Source: Leucoraja ocellata (Eukaryota). From it: 64,000 nt of DNA. Below, in pieces: positions 34,921 through 48,600 of the stretch (its first letter is position 1; each line of letters begins with the position of its first letter). Location of the stretch: positions 5,022,001 to 5,086,000 of the forward strand of contig JAWMAR010000079.1 of NCBI GenBank assembly GCA_036785375.1. Direction: 5' to 3'. The notes below the pieces were generated by a model. That model worked only from the letters and a program-made list of their open reading frames with translations. It was not told where the DNA came from and did not search any database. The position numbers and the translations under genes are program-made.

Positions 34921-35194
34921 GTTTGTTCTTGTTTTTATTTTAGAATATGTAGGACCATTGCTTGGACACCAGACACTATTTGAAGTTGAAAATGCACAAT
35001 TGCTCTCAACCAAAAATAAATGCCAGGTTTACTCACACAGAAAGGGTCTTCAGTTTAAATGTTTAACACATCTTACACTGGGAAGGTTTCCCTTCAATGT
35101 TGTTCGGTTCAATACCAGATTTAACCATGCCAGTATTCTCCAAATTCAAAGTTAATTTGGGGTTCTTAAAGATCCCCCAATGATCCTCCAAATG

Positions 35195-35478
35195 ATCAAG
35201 AACTAGAGGACATAGGTTTAACGTGAGAAGGAAAAGATTTAATCGAAACCCAAGGGGCAACATTTTCATACGGAGGGTGATGGGAAGATGGAACAAGTTA
35301 CCAGAGGAGGTAGTTGAGGCAAGTACTATAACAGCATGTAAGGCTTTTCGACAGGTATGTGGATGGGAAAGGTTTGGAGGGATATGGGTCAAACGTGGGC
35401 AAGTGAGACTGTAGATGGATCATCTTGGTCGGAAATGGACAAATTGGACCCGTTTCCATGCTGTATGATTCTTTGATC
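35195..35478 (+). mobile_element. CR1 LINE 3' fragment
   Basis: RFNRNPRGNIFIRRVMGRWNKLPEEVVEA. Related pieces at about 930-1160, 28342-28550, 37600-37735 and 38256-38410. Confidence 0.85.
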
Positions 35479-35873
35479 ATACCGGTGTGGAAATAAAAGT
35501 AACTACCTAGAGATATTTCCAACAGCATAAAGCATATGAATACAAATATTTCTACGACAAAGGATCATGTTAAAAAATAATAGGTAGACAAAAAATAGGT
35601 AGGCCGAGACTTATGAAGGGTTTCGGCACGAAACGTTGCCTATTTCCTTCGCTCCATAGATGCTGCTGCACCCCCTGAGTTTCTCCAGCATTTTTGTCTA
35701 CGTTAGATTTTTCAGCATCTGCAGTTCCTTCTTAAACATGTTAAAAATAATAGGCTGGGGATTTAAAATTGAAAAGTCAAATTGGGAGTCGGGGTAATCA
35801 ACCGATGCTTTGATCAATAATTGCACTAGTTAATGCATTTACTAACCAATTGTCATTTGGTTTCTTTGTTTAG

Positions 35874-35938
35874 GGAAGGTGTACGAGAAGTTCTGAACCC
35901 TGCCCGTCTGCAGTCGGTGTATTTCATGCTAATACAAA
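35874..35938 (+). CDS. CTC1: CTC1 exon 16/19 (GRCTRSSEPCPSAVGVFHANTK)
   Basis: tgtttAG acceptor, GTAAGC donor; 65 nt, phase 0-2. Matches human GKCTRLGSTCPT (remaining Zn ligands). Confidence 0.94.
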
Positions 35939-38563
35939 GTAAGCATCAAGTATTTAGGAGCTGATTTTAAAATGAGCACCATGAGTTCATTCTCTGCTTC
36001 GGGGCCTGTTGAAAGTCACAGGAGATTGGCATTATCTTTCAAAATCTGGAATAGGCTTTAGTGGGCCCACAATTTTCTGCTTCCGAACACTCCAGTTTAC
36101 ACACACAGCACTTTTCGAATGATTGTAAAGTAACCAAAACCAGAAGATTAGTTCAGTGTGATTATTGTTTTACCCCATCAGCAATGGAAGCCTAATATTG
36201 GAACACACGTACAAATGACTTTTAGACAGACTGGCTCTCTGTTTTATGCCACAAAAATATTCACAATATTAATTCCATTGCCACACATTGGATTGGGAAA
36301 ACAATGTATCTTTTGTAGCTTATAGACTAAGTGCTGGAGTAACTCAGTGGGTTGGGCAGCACCTCTGGAGCAAAAGGATGGGTGATGTTTTGGGTCGGGA
36401 TCCTACTTCATTAACCAGCATCTGCAGTTCCTTACCACGTATCTATTTTGTGTCTATCAAAAATCTCTGTACAAAATATTGTAGCTATAGAATTACATTT
36501 CTTTTCTGTGATATCTGGTTTTCTTTTTTTTACCCTGTATGCCTTCCTGCTCCTTTTGACAATGCTCTTTACCAGGTTTGCCCATCTTAAAGAGAGTATT
36601 TTCCCTGACACTTGCTTCAGTGAGGACCCCTCGGCACTTGTGATTGCTGCTTCCAATCTTCACTCATAAGACATTATCCCTCTTCATTTGAGCACTTTAG
36701 ACTTGCTCGTGGAGCACTGACTTTCAATCTTCGCCCTCCCAATGGTTTTTAGGATGTAAAAGCCATGTGGACAACAGTGACTCTGGACTTCTTTGGATTC
36801 ATTGTTCTTTTGCCTTACTTTCTGCGCTTCGTCGATCTCAACAGCTTGCGTTTCTTAATAAAAATTTGAAAACAACTTTTCGACTGTCTCCATTTGATTT
36901 GGGATGCAAGTCACTTATGGTGTGTTTTTAATAGATGTGGCTAAATGAAGAGAATAAACAAAGTGTAATGAGCAGTGAAAGTATTTAAACCAATTACTTT
37001 AAAAATGAATGCATAGATTCATGTAATTGAGACCCTGTACAAAAATAAGATGCTGAAATGGAAAATACACAGAAATGCTTCTGAACGGTTGCTATTTCAT
37101 TGCACTTTCCTTCAACAAACCATTATTGTCCTCTGCATTTACTGGCAACACTGCAGAACGTCTTTATTTTGTAACACAAATTGGCATTATACAAGCAGGT
37201 ATTGAAGCAAGGATTTTGTGTTTGTATGGGTATTGTTGAACGTGCCAGCATCTGTGATCCATCCCTTCACGCATGTTGCTGGAACATAATAGGCAAACTG
37301 ATGAAGAGGCCCATTGGAATTGTACATTGGTGTTAGTTTTTATTGATTTAACTTTGAGCTTTGACCAGCAACATTAATTTGCTCCGTATAATTATTTCAT
37401 CATTCATCAAATTTAATTCTATGGTATCTACTTCCTCCTCAACTTTGTGAATGACTGAAGAGCTCATCAGTCATGTTTGTTGACATTAGTGGGTGCTTTC
37501 ACCCCAGACAGTGTAAAGGTTATAATTGCCAAATCCTCTTCAGAAGTCTCCCTCGTTCTCTTTCTCCAGCACTTATTTTCTCTTAAGACATTATGGAATA
37601 AGATACATGGATAGGAAAGGTTTGGAGGGTTATGGGCCAAATTCTGGCAGTTGGGACAAGCTTGGATGGGGCATCTTGGTCCGCATGGACAAGTTGTGCT
37701 GAAGGGTCTCTTTCCATGCCATATGACTCTTAAGTCCATGCAATCCATCTGTCCATCTTGATTGCATTTAATGCCAACCTCACTCTTGACACTGTTCCAT
37801 TAGTAAGTCGTCAATGATATTCTTTGAGGCTGACACGTGCATTGTCATTTCTTGACTCTACAAGGGACTTTGAATAGTCACAATTTTCACTATTGGCTAT
37901 TAAGTCGTTAAGTATAGATTTCTCCTAATTTAATTTATTGAATGTAACTTATTATTCCTGCAATAACTCCTATATAGGTTCCAATGCTTCAAGGCTTCTG
38001 TCTTGTTCTGGGGTAGTGTCTATAAATGCGCAGTATTTAAGGTGAAATTAAGCGCTTTTATTTGGAGCCTGTCAGGAACTCTGCTGAAGTCCTCATTCTT
38101 GTCCCTGCCCTGAATCTTGTTGAAGCTAACTTGTAAGCGTACAGTCCTTGATACCACAGTAAAACTCTGCCAATAGCTTTTACTTTAATTCCTTTTACCT
38201 TGGAAGCATCAATTCCTTCCTCTTTTCAAAACCAAAATCATGAAGAAAGTACCTGTTGACTACTCCAACATTTAAGAAGCAGTTAGGACAGGTTTGGAGG
38301 GAAATGGACCAAATGCATGCAGGTGGGACTAGTGTAGCTGGAACATGTTGGCTAGTGTGGGCAAGTGGAAACGGGCCCTTCGGCCCAACACTGTATCACT
38401 CTATGACTTGCTTTATTTGCCGGTCGTTAACAGCCATGGCAATTGTGGGAGAAAATGTCCAATTTATACCACATGTTGTAGGCATAGTGCGCAGATTTGC
38501 ACCAGATTGGAAGGTGTGTTTGTCCTGATGATTGGGTTAATATTATGAACCATTTTGTTGCAG

Positions 38564-38729
38564 GATTATTGTGGAGGATGGCACGGCAGAGGCTTGGGTG
38601 CACTGTAAAGATAAACAGGTGGCAGACTTGTTGCAACTCAGCTCCACAGAGTGGGAAGGACTGCAGCAACATGTCGGTCAGCGGGGAAATGTGTTTTTCC
38701 AGTACCAGGGTCGCAGTGGACACGAATTG
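38564..38729 (+). CDS. CTC1: CTC1 exon 17/19 (IIVEDGTAEAWVHCKDKQVADLLQLSSTEWEGL...GHEL)
   Basis: ttgttgcAG acceptor, GTGAGT donor; 166 nt, phase 2-0. Contains the diagnostic VEDGTAEA motif. Confidence 0.97.
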
Positions 38730-41287
38730 GTGAGTTGCTTGTCATTTTATCAATGGTGCTTTATTGTCGTGTATACCCAAGTAGAGTGAAATTCTTTTCG
38801 GGCATGCAATTCAGTGACAATCCTGCTATATATTAGGCGCAGTGTACGATAATAGACCCCACTGTGTTAGCACACAAGATTCGCTATGTTTTAGACACCA
38901 TCCTGTACTTGGATCATGGGTGGGGCGGATTTTGTGTGTCTATACACACGCACAATCAAGCTTAATGGCAACCGTATGATTGATTGTGATCTGTATAATT
39001 TGCTTGCAGCTGTCCTGCAGATTTGTGGTGAAATTATCTGCCTTTTATTAGGGGAAGTTGCTCTTTGGGGCTCTTGTTCTTTTTCAAAAATTCAAAAACT
39101 TTCTGGGAAAAATTGACATTGCACGCAGCCTACATTCTAATTCACAGATGAAATAAATTCTCTCGTGTTAAGTTATGATATAAAATCACCATCATGTGGC
39201 TGCCGTTTTGCACACAGTAATGTCCTTCAAAAAGTAACAATGTTGTCAATTAAATCTGGAATGTAATATCTAAATTACATGCGAAGCTCGTAATCTTCTG
39301 GAATGTGAAATACAAACAGAAAAGGCTGGAAATGCTGAGCAGGTCAGTTCACATCAGTGGAATGATAAACAAAACCAACTTTCCGAATCGAAAATCCTTT
39401 GTCACATCAAAACCCATAATCTTGTCCATCCTTGACCTTCCCCTTCCTAATCACGAAGACAAAAAATATGAGTTGTCTCTGCTGTCAAGGCTCATTTATT
39501 TGGGGGAAGTCGGGATAATGGTTTCAACCTTTTGTTTCAGCAATAGTTTTGTGTTGGAACACATTTAATCATTTTTATTGGTGGAATTTATTGTGAAGTA
39601 GAAAACTTCTATTGAGATATTAACAAACGTTGCATTGCTAATGGATGGACTATTTTACAATAACTTGTAGCTATTTTGGTTAATACTTGGAACATCAACT
39701 CTGGAGTTTGAAAATGTAACCTGTGGCTTGGAATTTAAGGGAAGAAAATTAATAAATTTAAAACGTAAGTGATTAAAATAACTTGTTAAAAGGCAAACAG
39801 TTTGAACGCACAATGGATTAAAATATGGTGAAGCGCATTCACTTCCCATTGACTCATTTTGATGCCATTGGATATTTATTTTGGAAAGCAGTCATTTGAT
39901 ATTTCTATTCAATCTTAACACAGCTTGCTCTACAAATTGTTCTCCCATTGACCTAAAACCATTATTTTCCACTTTGTAAATTCAGGAAAAGTAATGAAAA
40001 TTAGGATATCCTCTTCCTTGAATGTTTAAGGCTAATCTGGGTCTAGGTTTTGATATGATCATCCCAATAACTTTAGAACTTGCACCGTGGGTCATGTAAA
40101 TGAATGATTTCTCGGAACAGAATATGTTTACATGTACATTCTCAGCAAAACCCCAGTCCTGATATGGTTTTGCTGTCGTTATCTATTTTTAATGCACTTG
40201 TTTTGGCCATCTTTCTCTTTCCCTTCGCCTTCCATTTCATTCATTCTTAATATTGATCACTTTGTCTAAATCTCTACTTATTTATTTTATTCATGCTGAT
40301 GGAATGTGTTTTCTTTCAATTTGCAATCACTCATTGTACCCAGTTTTTTTTAGAGGAACTATGGATATTTTTCCTTTATATCTAGGTAAGGTCTCGTATC
40401 GGACTAACACGGGTATTGCTGCTTTCTTGTGTTAGTACCATCCCCTTGCACTATTTTGTATCAGTACTCGTATTCATTAAAAAAAAAAAAATGGAAATTT
40501 CACATAAAATAAATTTCAGCTTTTGTGTAAAATGTTACTTTTTGGTGATCTTAGCAAATTATGCTGATAAAATCAAAGGCACCAAGGAATGCCTTGATTA
40601 CATTGGTCAGATACAAATGGAACTTCTTATTTCTTAAGTCCTAAATCCTTCTTGTAGGCTTGTTTTTTGTGTTTTGGTGCTGCTTGAACTGTGTGCACCA
40701 GGACGTTTGTGTTATGAGGACTCGCTCCATTTTAAGCCCCTTTGCCTGTTTTGTTATTACACAACGTCTTTTACTCATTCTCATCTGTGTTGAAGTAGTC
40801 AAAGTTCATAAATGTTTGTCTCTTTTTGTTCCAAACTTCATTTGTGCTACCTTTCCTGTCTAGACCCTTGCTTTGCAGTCTTGTCCCATTATCTCACCTA
40901 TCCAATCTATCTTTCCTCAAATATATTAAATGGTGTATTCTACCTTGCTTAGTCTTTAATTTACAGCCTTCAAACTTGTAAACAGGGAGGTGCTACCAAA
41001 TCACACATTGCCTTTCTTCCTCCGTTGCTCTCCAGCTGTGCGTTCCATAGCACAATAGGCTTGTTTTTTTTCAAACAACATTTATTGTATAGAATTAAAT
41101 GGTATCGTGTTCCCTCTTTGAACCTAATGAATGTGGTCATGATTAATGGATAATAATCAGGTCCTCCTTTTAAAAACAAGATGCTTGGCATCCTCCTAGA
41201 GGAATGAACAGAATATTAAAACAAATGTGAGATTGCTACAAATTGCATACTGCAAGTTTAATTAACATTTGTTTCCCTGATTTGCAG

Positions 41288-41417
41288 CATGAAGAGAATA
41301 CTGGAGATCTCCTAATGCAGTACCTTGGAACCGTCTGTGCCAGCACCATGGTCTGCAGGCCCATTCAGCTTGCCTTCAAAGTTGACTCGAGAGTCAAACC
41401 CAAGTTGGGACACACTG
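41288..41417 (+). CDS. CTC1: CTC1 exon 18/19 (HEENTGDLLMQYLGTVCASTMVCRPIQLAFKVD...)
   Basis: tttgcAG acceptor, GTAAGT donor; 130 nt, phase 0-1. Matches human [21 protein letters not shown]. Confidence 0.94.
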
Positions 41418-44400
41418 GTAAGTTTCCTTGTGGCCATTCTTCTACATTAGTGTTTGAAGCACAATCATGAGAGAGTAAGGGTGTATATTGGTTTAACTGA
41501 CTGCCAACAACAAAATGCACTTGATATAGTTTGTATATTTGACTTGACTATTGCATTTATTTGTATCTGTCATGTTTGTCTGAGCTCTTTGTTAAAGTTA
41601 AATGTTAGTGTAGAATTATTTCCTAGCAATTCAGTCTAATTGGACTTTTATATTTTTACCGTCTCATAAATTTTGGCAGAGTTGAAATTGTAATTTGTTG
41701 TGATTGTGGCAGAAAGCAGCTATATTAGACAAATTCAGGATCCTCTGCATACCCTGGACTAGACTCCTACCATGGGTTAGAAATATTCACAATTGAACAT
41801 GGCTGTCTAAAAATTCAATAGTAGGAGACACTAATCCCTTACTTTAAAACCAAGGCCATTGATAAACGTTGTTGTGGCACGTGTAATGGAGAATATACAT
41901 AAAATACCTTTGTATATGACTCCATTCCTAAAGCGGTTTGGTTGTCTTTTGAATTACCAAAACTTCTTTATTTAAAGTTGCCCGTTTTTAGTTATTTCAT
42001 AACCTGAGCACATTTGTACTTAAATGTCAGACAGAGGAGAAGTTTGCTGTGATTTGCCATGGTGTCAGATAACCATGTGTAGCCCATAATCCTAGGATTG
42101 GCAATATTTGACTACTTGAGATCTTGATTCAACTGTTCAGCGTGTTATTTTTTTTTACTGATACCTTTGTTTTCTGGGGATCATGAAAGGATATTGCAAA
42201 ATCTATTTGATGTGCAGCTGTTAAATTTTGGTTTAGTTGTGACGATCACTCCAACTATTTGAGGACTGATAATATTGTACTGCATGCAGAGGCTAATCTA
42301 GTAAACTCTTAAGAGTAATTGCCCCAGAGTGGCACTCCTTGTTTCAGATCTGCATTAGGGAGATAGGGAAAATGTTGTTCCTTAAGTATTTGCCAAATCA
42401 GTTGCAAAACAGCTATAACCATAAAAGGTATTTGGGCAGTGTGCAACCAACCGTTTAATAGCCTGTCAACAGTGAGATCATGCATTAACATTGGCCAAAA
42501 CACACAGTGCTGGAGCATCTCAGCCAGTCAGGCAGTATCTCTGGAGGACATAGATAGGTGACGATTCAGATCGGAACCCTTCTTCAGATCCTCCATTAAT
42601 GCCCTCCAGCGATGCTGCCTGATCTGCTGATTTACTCCAACACTTTACATTTTACTCAAGATTCCTGTATCTGCCGTTCCTTGTGTTTCCACTAAGATTG
42701 GCCACCAAGTGAGATACAGAGTGCAGTAAATGCCCATGAAACAATAGCAGCAACATTTGCTGCTGAAAAGCAGTAATAGCGCAAAAAGGAGCAAGATAAA
42801 GTTAACTAACATACAGTAATAAATGTCAATATAATCATCAGATAATGTTATGACATTATGGAATCAATAGTTATAATCAAATGTTATAACCAGTAAACTG
42901 GCATTTATCTGCCTTTCTTCCTCATTTGGCAAAGCTATTTTTAACCCAGCATTAACTTTAGCACCTTTTTTTTCACACACGGGTCTATTTAAAGACATTT
43001 CCATATGTCTGTGAATATGTTGCTAAAAGCTTCCCTGCATGAAATGCAATAACTTACATTTGCTGGGAGAGAAAATGAATTTAAAATCTTGTTCCATAAT
43101 GAGCAGTCATTTGTAGCTTAGAGATACAATGTGATAAACAAGCCCACCGAGTCCACGCTGACCAGTGATTCCACACACACTCACACACACCAATTTTTTT
43201 TAACCAAACCAATTAACCTACAAACCTGCTCTACCATTGTGCTACCCTAGGAGGATATGTTTTCCTATTTCCTTCAAATAAATTTAGCAATACCAGTGAC
43301 TCGCAGATTCAATTATCGGTACATCAGCTGTTGTGTGACGCAAATACATAGCAGGGCACTGCAGTGTACTTGCAATAATCTGCTTGATCTTAGTAGGGAC
43401 ACAACATTTATAATAGGAAAAAGTGCTGCATCTTGTGTGATTTCTGCTTTTCAAAATATAATCCTCGGCCAGTCGTCATGGCCTGTTTTTCCAGTTGCTG
43501 AGAATGCGTGAGTTGCACTTAGCCACACTGTTTGGTCCTCTAGAATTTCTCGTCATAAAGTTGAAGGTGGGAGGCTTGGCAAAAATAATGCATTGTGCAC
43601 CAAGATTATTTGTTGGAATTCTTCCAATGCCCAAGTGTCAGCAATGTTGCCCACCATTCAATAGCCAAACCTGAATCTTGGACCAAATTGGTATTCATAA
43701 TACTGGTGAAATGCTTTGGACTGTCTTCAAAGTTTTTTAAAATTAGTTGCTCTTGCAGTAAACACAGCACTTGTATCAATGGGTCACTCGAGCAGAATGC
43801 CAGTGATTAGATGCTGGTTGCATTACCGCATGTAGCAGGACTTAAATGGAATTTAGATATGGCTGTTTAATAGCTGGAAGTATTGGCAGCACACAAGCAA
43901 TGACCATCTCCGATAAGAGGGACTATAACCTACACGGCTTGATATTCAACGTGGTTACCTTTGTTAGTCTGCACCAAAAACTTAAGTTTCTTCTTTGAAC
44001 AGAGCTAAGCACTGAAATACCATGTTTGGAGTGAATAACGTCCTGATTCCCCAATGACTTCTTAACTATCCAGAAACCAACAGTCAACAAGATGATGAAT
44101 GTTTACTATTAAGGGCACCCCACCCATCAACCTGAACATCCACCACCTCTGCTGCTGGTTGTCTGATGCAGCCATATATTAATTCGCAAATTACAATGGA
44201 GCGACTTGCAAAGTCTTTTCCAAACCAACTCAACACTTGGGGATAATTTCAAAGGAAATGGGGGCATCAAACCCAACCCCTCCTCTCAGCCCCACCCCCA
44301 CCACCACAATATCCAGACATGGAAATATGTCACTTGTTTCCTTGCTGCTGGATCTAAATAGAATCCTTCCTGTACAAAAAATACTTCTCCACAGCACAGC

Positions 44401-45419
44401 AGCAGTTCAACAAGGTTGCTCACAAACAAGATGTTTAGGACTTGGCAATAAAAGCTGACTTTGTCACAGATGCTACATTGTAGAACATGTATTTTCAGGG
44501 AATTTTATTTTCATGGTGCTAGTTTTGGAAGGGGAATTGCTCAGGATACACAGTTCAGAGATCTAAAGAAGGTTTAATTACCTATCTTGGTTGGAAGATT
44601 TTCTCTCTCTGATAATGCAGAATTGCGTCAGTACTGCATTAAACGATTGCCTCCTAAATACTTGAAGTCTTCATCTAAGTCTCAAATAACATATGGCGTT
44701 GCTTATGATTAGTGCATAATCCTTCCTGGTTATCCTTGATATTTTAGCAGCCTTTGATTTTCTTAACCTTAGTTGGGTCTCGGGGAAAGAGTACATTTAT
44801 TCCATAAATGTCAAAATTCCATCCAGTAAAACATTGCTTAATATGAAGCCATTGTCTTGGGTTTCAATTACAAATGCAGTTCTTCTAGCACTGAATCTCT
44901 CCCCTATCCCAGGCAGAACTTAAATGTTTGCAACTATGACACCCAGCTAGATCCTCTGCCAGAAACACGGTCAACCACCATAATACTACCACTTCAATCC
45001 ACAGATGAACCCCTCATCCTTCCCATTGCCTGCAGGCACAACTATTTAAATTATCTTCTAATTAGCCTCCTATCTTCAAATCTCTGCAATTGAACTTCTC
45101 CAAAGATCTGCTTCACACATGAGGTTCTGTTCATTTGTTATCCTCCTATATTTGCTGACTTCATTGGATGTTGGTTTGTCAATGTCTCCATTTTCCCTTG
45201 AGTTTAAATTCCTCCCTGACACCTCTTATCTTCACTTTTAATCCCACAGTCTGAGACCTCTGCATTCTACCAACTTTTCTCTTGAGAAAGCCTTACTTTT
45301 CTTGCCCCATGATGAGTGCCTCTGAATTTGGCTATCAAGGCTCTCACCTCTGGAAATCCCTTGGGTTCTGGAGCTCTGTTCTATAAGACATTTCAACACC
45401 TTTTTATCATCTATCCCAA

Positions 45420-45655
45420 CGTAGAAACAGAACTGCAGATGACGGTTACTACCCAAAAGGACACAAAGTGCTGGAGTAACTGAGCAGCTTGGGCAGCATC
45501 TCTGGAAGGCATAGATGGGTGACGTTTAGGTTTGAGATCCATCTTCGAAACTGAAGATGGGCCTCGACACAAAAGGGTCTGAAGAAGGATCTCGACCCAA
45601 AATGTCACCCATCCATCTTCTCCCAGATGCCGCCTGGCCTGAGTTATTCCAACAC
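45420..45655. mobile_element. Penelope-derived fold-back repeat with hammerhead-like core
   Basis: gggt-ctgaagaaggatctcgacccaaaatgtc-accc at about 45576-45611, with inverted arms. Confidence 0.72.
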
Positions 45656-48600
45656 GAGTCTTTTTAGTGTCATCATCATTGGCACATGATTATATTTTGT
45701 GCATAGCAACGTTTTGTTATGGTAAACGCATCACGTCAATGCAAATTGTTCTTGTAATTTGTCATGGATATAAGAATGATTCCAAAATTTGCAATCTTCT
45801 GCTTCTGAGGCAAATGTACCATCATTTGGCCAAAATTGGCACCTTTAAATGATCCATCTTTTGCTGATATGCATAATAAATCCAGGGTCTGTTCCCATTT
45901 TTGATAAATTTAAAGTGTGACTATCGTGCAAGTTGTATTTAAAATAATGTTCCTTAGCCCTATTGTGCAATGGAGGACTAACCCCAGACATAACACAATT
46001 GAACTTGTAGCCCCTGATGTTAACATGCATTGGCATATGTGAAAACTTGGTATTCTGTAGATTATTTTGCTGAGTTCTCCATTTGAGGAAAAAACTAGAT
46101 GCTGGTTTAAATCGCAGGTAGATACAAAATGCTGGAGTAACTCAGCAGGACAGGCAGCATCTCTGGAGAGAAGGAATGGGGACATTTCGGTCTGAAGAAG
46201 GATCTTGACCCGAAAAGTCACCCATTCTTTCTCTTCAGAGATGCTGCCTGTCCCGCTGAGTTAACCCAGCATTTTGTCTACATTTGAGGAGGCAGTTGAA
46301 GAAAATCACCTAATGATGTTGCCAGGTGTATTTCCTCAAAGGGGAAATCAAGAGATTGTGACCCTGTAGCTGATCTTGCAAAATATCTTGGCAAATGGCA
46401 TTGGTAGAAGGCTAAGTACAGTTTACATATCAACCTTTGGGGGGCATAAATGACACAGTGCAGGGGTACTCAGCGGGTCAGGCAGCAACTCTGGAGAACA
46501 TCGGTCAGGACCATTTTTCAGACCGGTTGGGGGATGAGGGTAAGAAAGCTGGAAGAGAGAAGGGGCAAGAATACTTCAAACTTGAAGGGTCTCAACACAA
46601 TGATCTGTAGAAGTGCCGAAACGTCACCTCTTCGTGTTCTCCAGAGATGCTGTCTGACCCGTTGAGTTACTCAAGCACTTTGTGTCTTTTTTGTAAACCA
46701 GCATCTGCAGTTCCTTATTTCCACACCATCTGTAAAATGTGACATGGGAGGCAGCCATTTGGTGCCATTTGCTTTGCTCCAAGATCAAATCCAGCAGGGT
46801 TTTCATGTTCATTCTTGTAGCTCTTTAATGCAAGCCTCATATTTTACATTAAATTGTATATTTAACTGATTTCAAAGCAAACACATTTATAACCTTGGAT
46901 CTAGATGCTTTATGTGCATTTTATCTTTGAAATGTAATGCTGTTTAAATGCAGATGTGTCAAACATTGTTAGGTCATTGGGAGTAGCAATCAAAGACCTG
47001 AGATTTGATTCTGGTGGTGTGGATTGACATAGTATTGTTAATTAAGATATCTGTAGGGGTTCTTATCACCTTGTAATATCATCACTGGATCTTACACGTT
47101 CGCCCAAAACAGTTGCTCCAGGTCCAAAAGCCAAAGCATTTGATAATACTGAAGAACTGTGGCATTGTAGAGATATCTCTGAACTCTTTTTGGAAAGATA
47201 GTTGATGTTATAGGATGTAGAAGGGTTTCAGCCCGAAACGTTGCCTATTTCCTTTGCTCCATAGATGCTGCCGCACCCGCTGAGTTTCTCCAGCACTTGT
47301 GTCTTTAGTAAGCCTCCACCTCCAGACTAGATTGGAGTGCTTTTAAGGGCCAGGAATGGTATTGTTGGATCTTTGAATGGTCAGAGTTGCATTGGCTGTG
47401 AGCTGAAAATATTTCCATCCCTATAACTAGGGTAGCTCAGGATGAGCAGAGTTCATCTGGAAGTCCCCCACAAAACAGAATTCATCAAAACCTCTGGAAC
47501 ATCTGCACCTCTCATTTGTTTATATTTTTGAACCCTTTTCTCCTTCATCTTGGATTGATTGAAGGACACAAAGATTGAGAATAATCGGATATTTTACACA
47601 TTTCTAGATATTGCTGATTGGGTCCCACTGTTATTCACAGTTTTTAACACCTTGGATAGAAAGGTGACAATAATTATACTCAGATTGGCCATTGGTGTAA
47701 ATCTAGGGGGGGGAATGTTTGCTGTGAGGAAAGCTGGGAAATCCAGCAATGTGCATATTAAGCTAATGGCCATGGTAGTGGTGGATGGAGCTCAATATAG
47801 AAAACGTGAGGTTTGATTTGAACATTGGAATTGGGGGGGGGGGGGGGGGGGGGGGTGACCAAATTGAGGATTCAGAGGTGCAGAAGGGTCTTGGTGTGCT
47901 GGTTCATGAAATGCAAAACAATTAATATTCGGGTACAGTAGCAATCTGGAAGGCAAATAATATGTTGATATTGATTGCAAGAGTTGGTATGATATGTTGG
48001 TATTGATTTGACTAGATTAATTCTGGGGTAAGATTTTGTTTTATGAGGAGAGAATAATTAACAAAGACTCCATGGGCCACAGACGAATGAGATGCACGAT
48101 TCCGCGAGCGATTGCTGGAAGCTATTTTCTTTAGATAATGACTATTGGCAATGACGTGAGGTTTTTTTGTTACCTAATTCTCCTCATGGGAAGATTGTGG
48201 ATTCGGAATATTTTAAGGCTAAGAATTTTTCCCGCTAAGAATTGAAGGATACGAGAAATGAATAGGATACAAGGTCAATTGTGAATCTTGTGTGGGAAGA
48301 AACTGCAGATGCTGGTTTACACTGAAGATAGACACAGAGATGGAGTAACTCAGCGGGTCAGGCAGCATCTTTGGAGAAAAGGAATAGGTCGAGACCCTTC
48401 AGACTGAGTGTCGGGAGAGGGAAATCAGAGATATGAAAACGTACATAGAACAAATGAATGAAAGATGTGCAAAAGAATGAATCAAAGCCAGCAAGGATGA
48501 TCAAGGAAAGGTGGAGCCCACTATGGTCCATTGTTGGCTGTGGGAAAGATGATAACGAGTGATAACGAGCAGGACGACAGTAATCTTATTGACTTGAGGG

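Noticed and set aside
43257-43511. ORF as candidate CTC1 terminal exon
   Set aside because: No convincing similarity. The exon at 55628 has the right phase and the C-terminal CTC1 motif.
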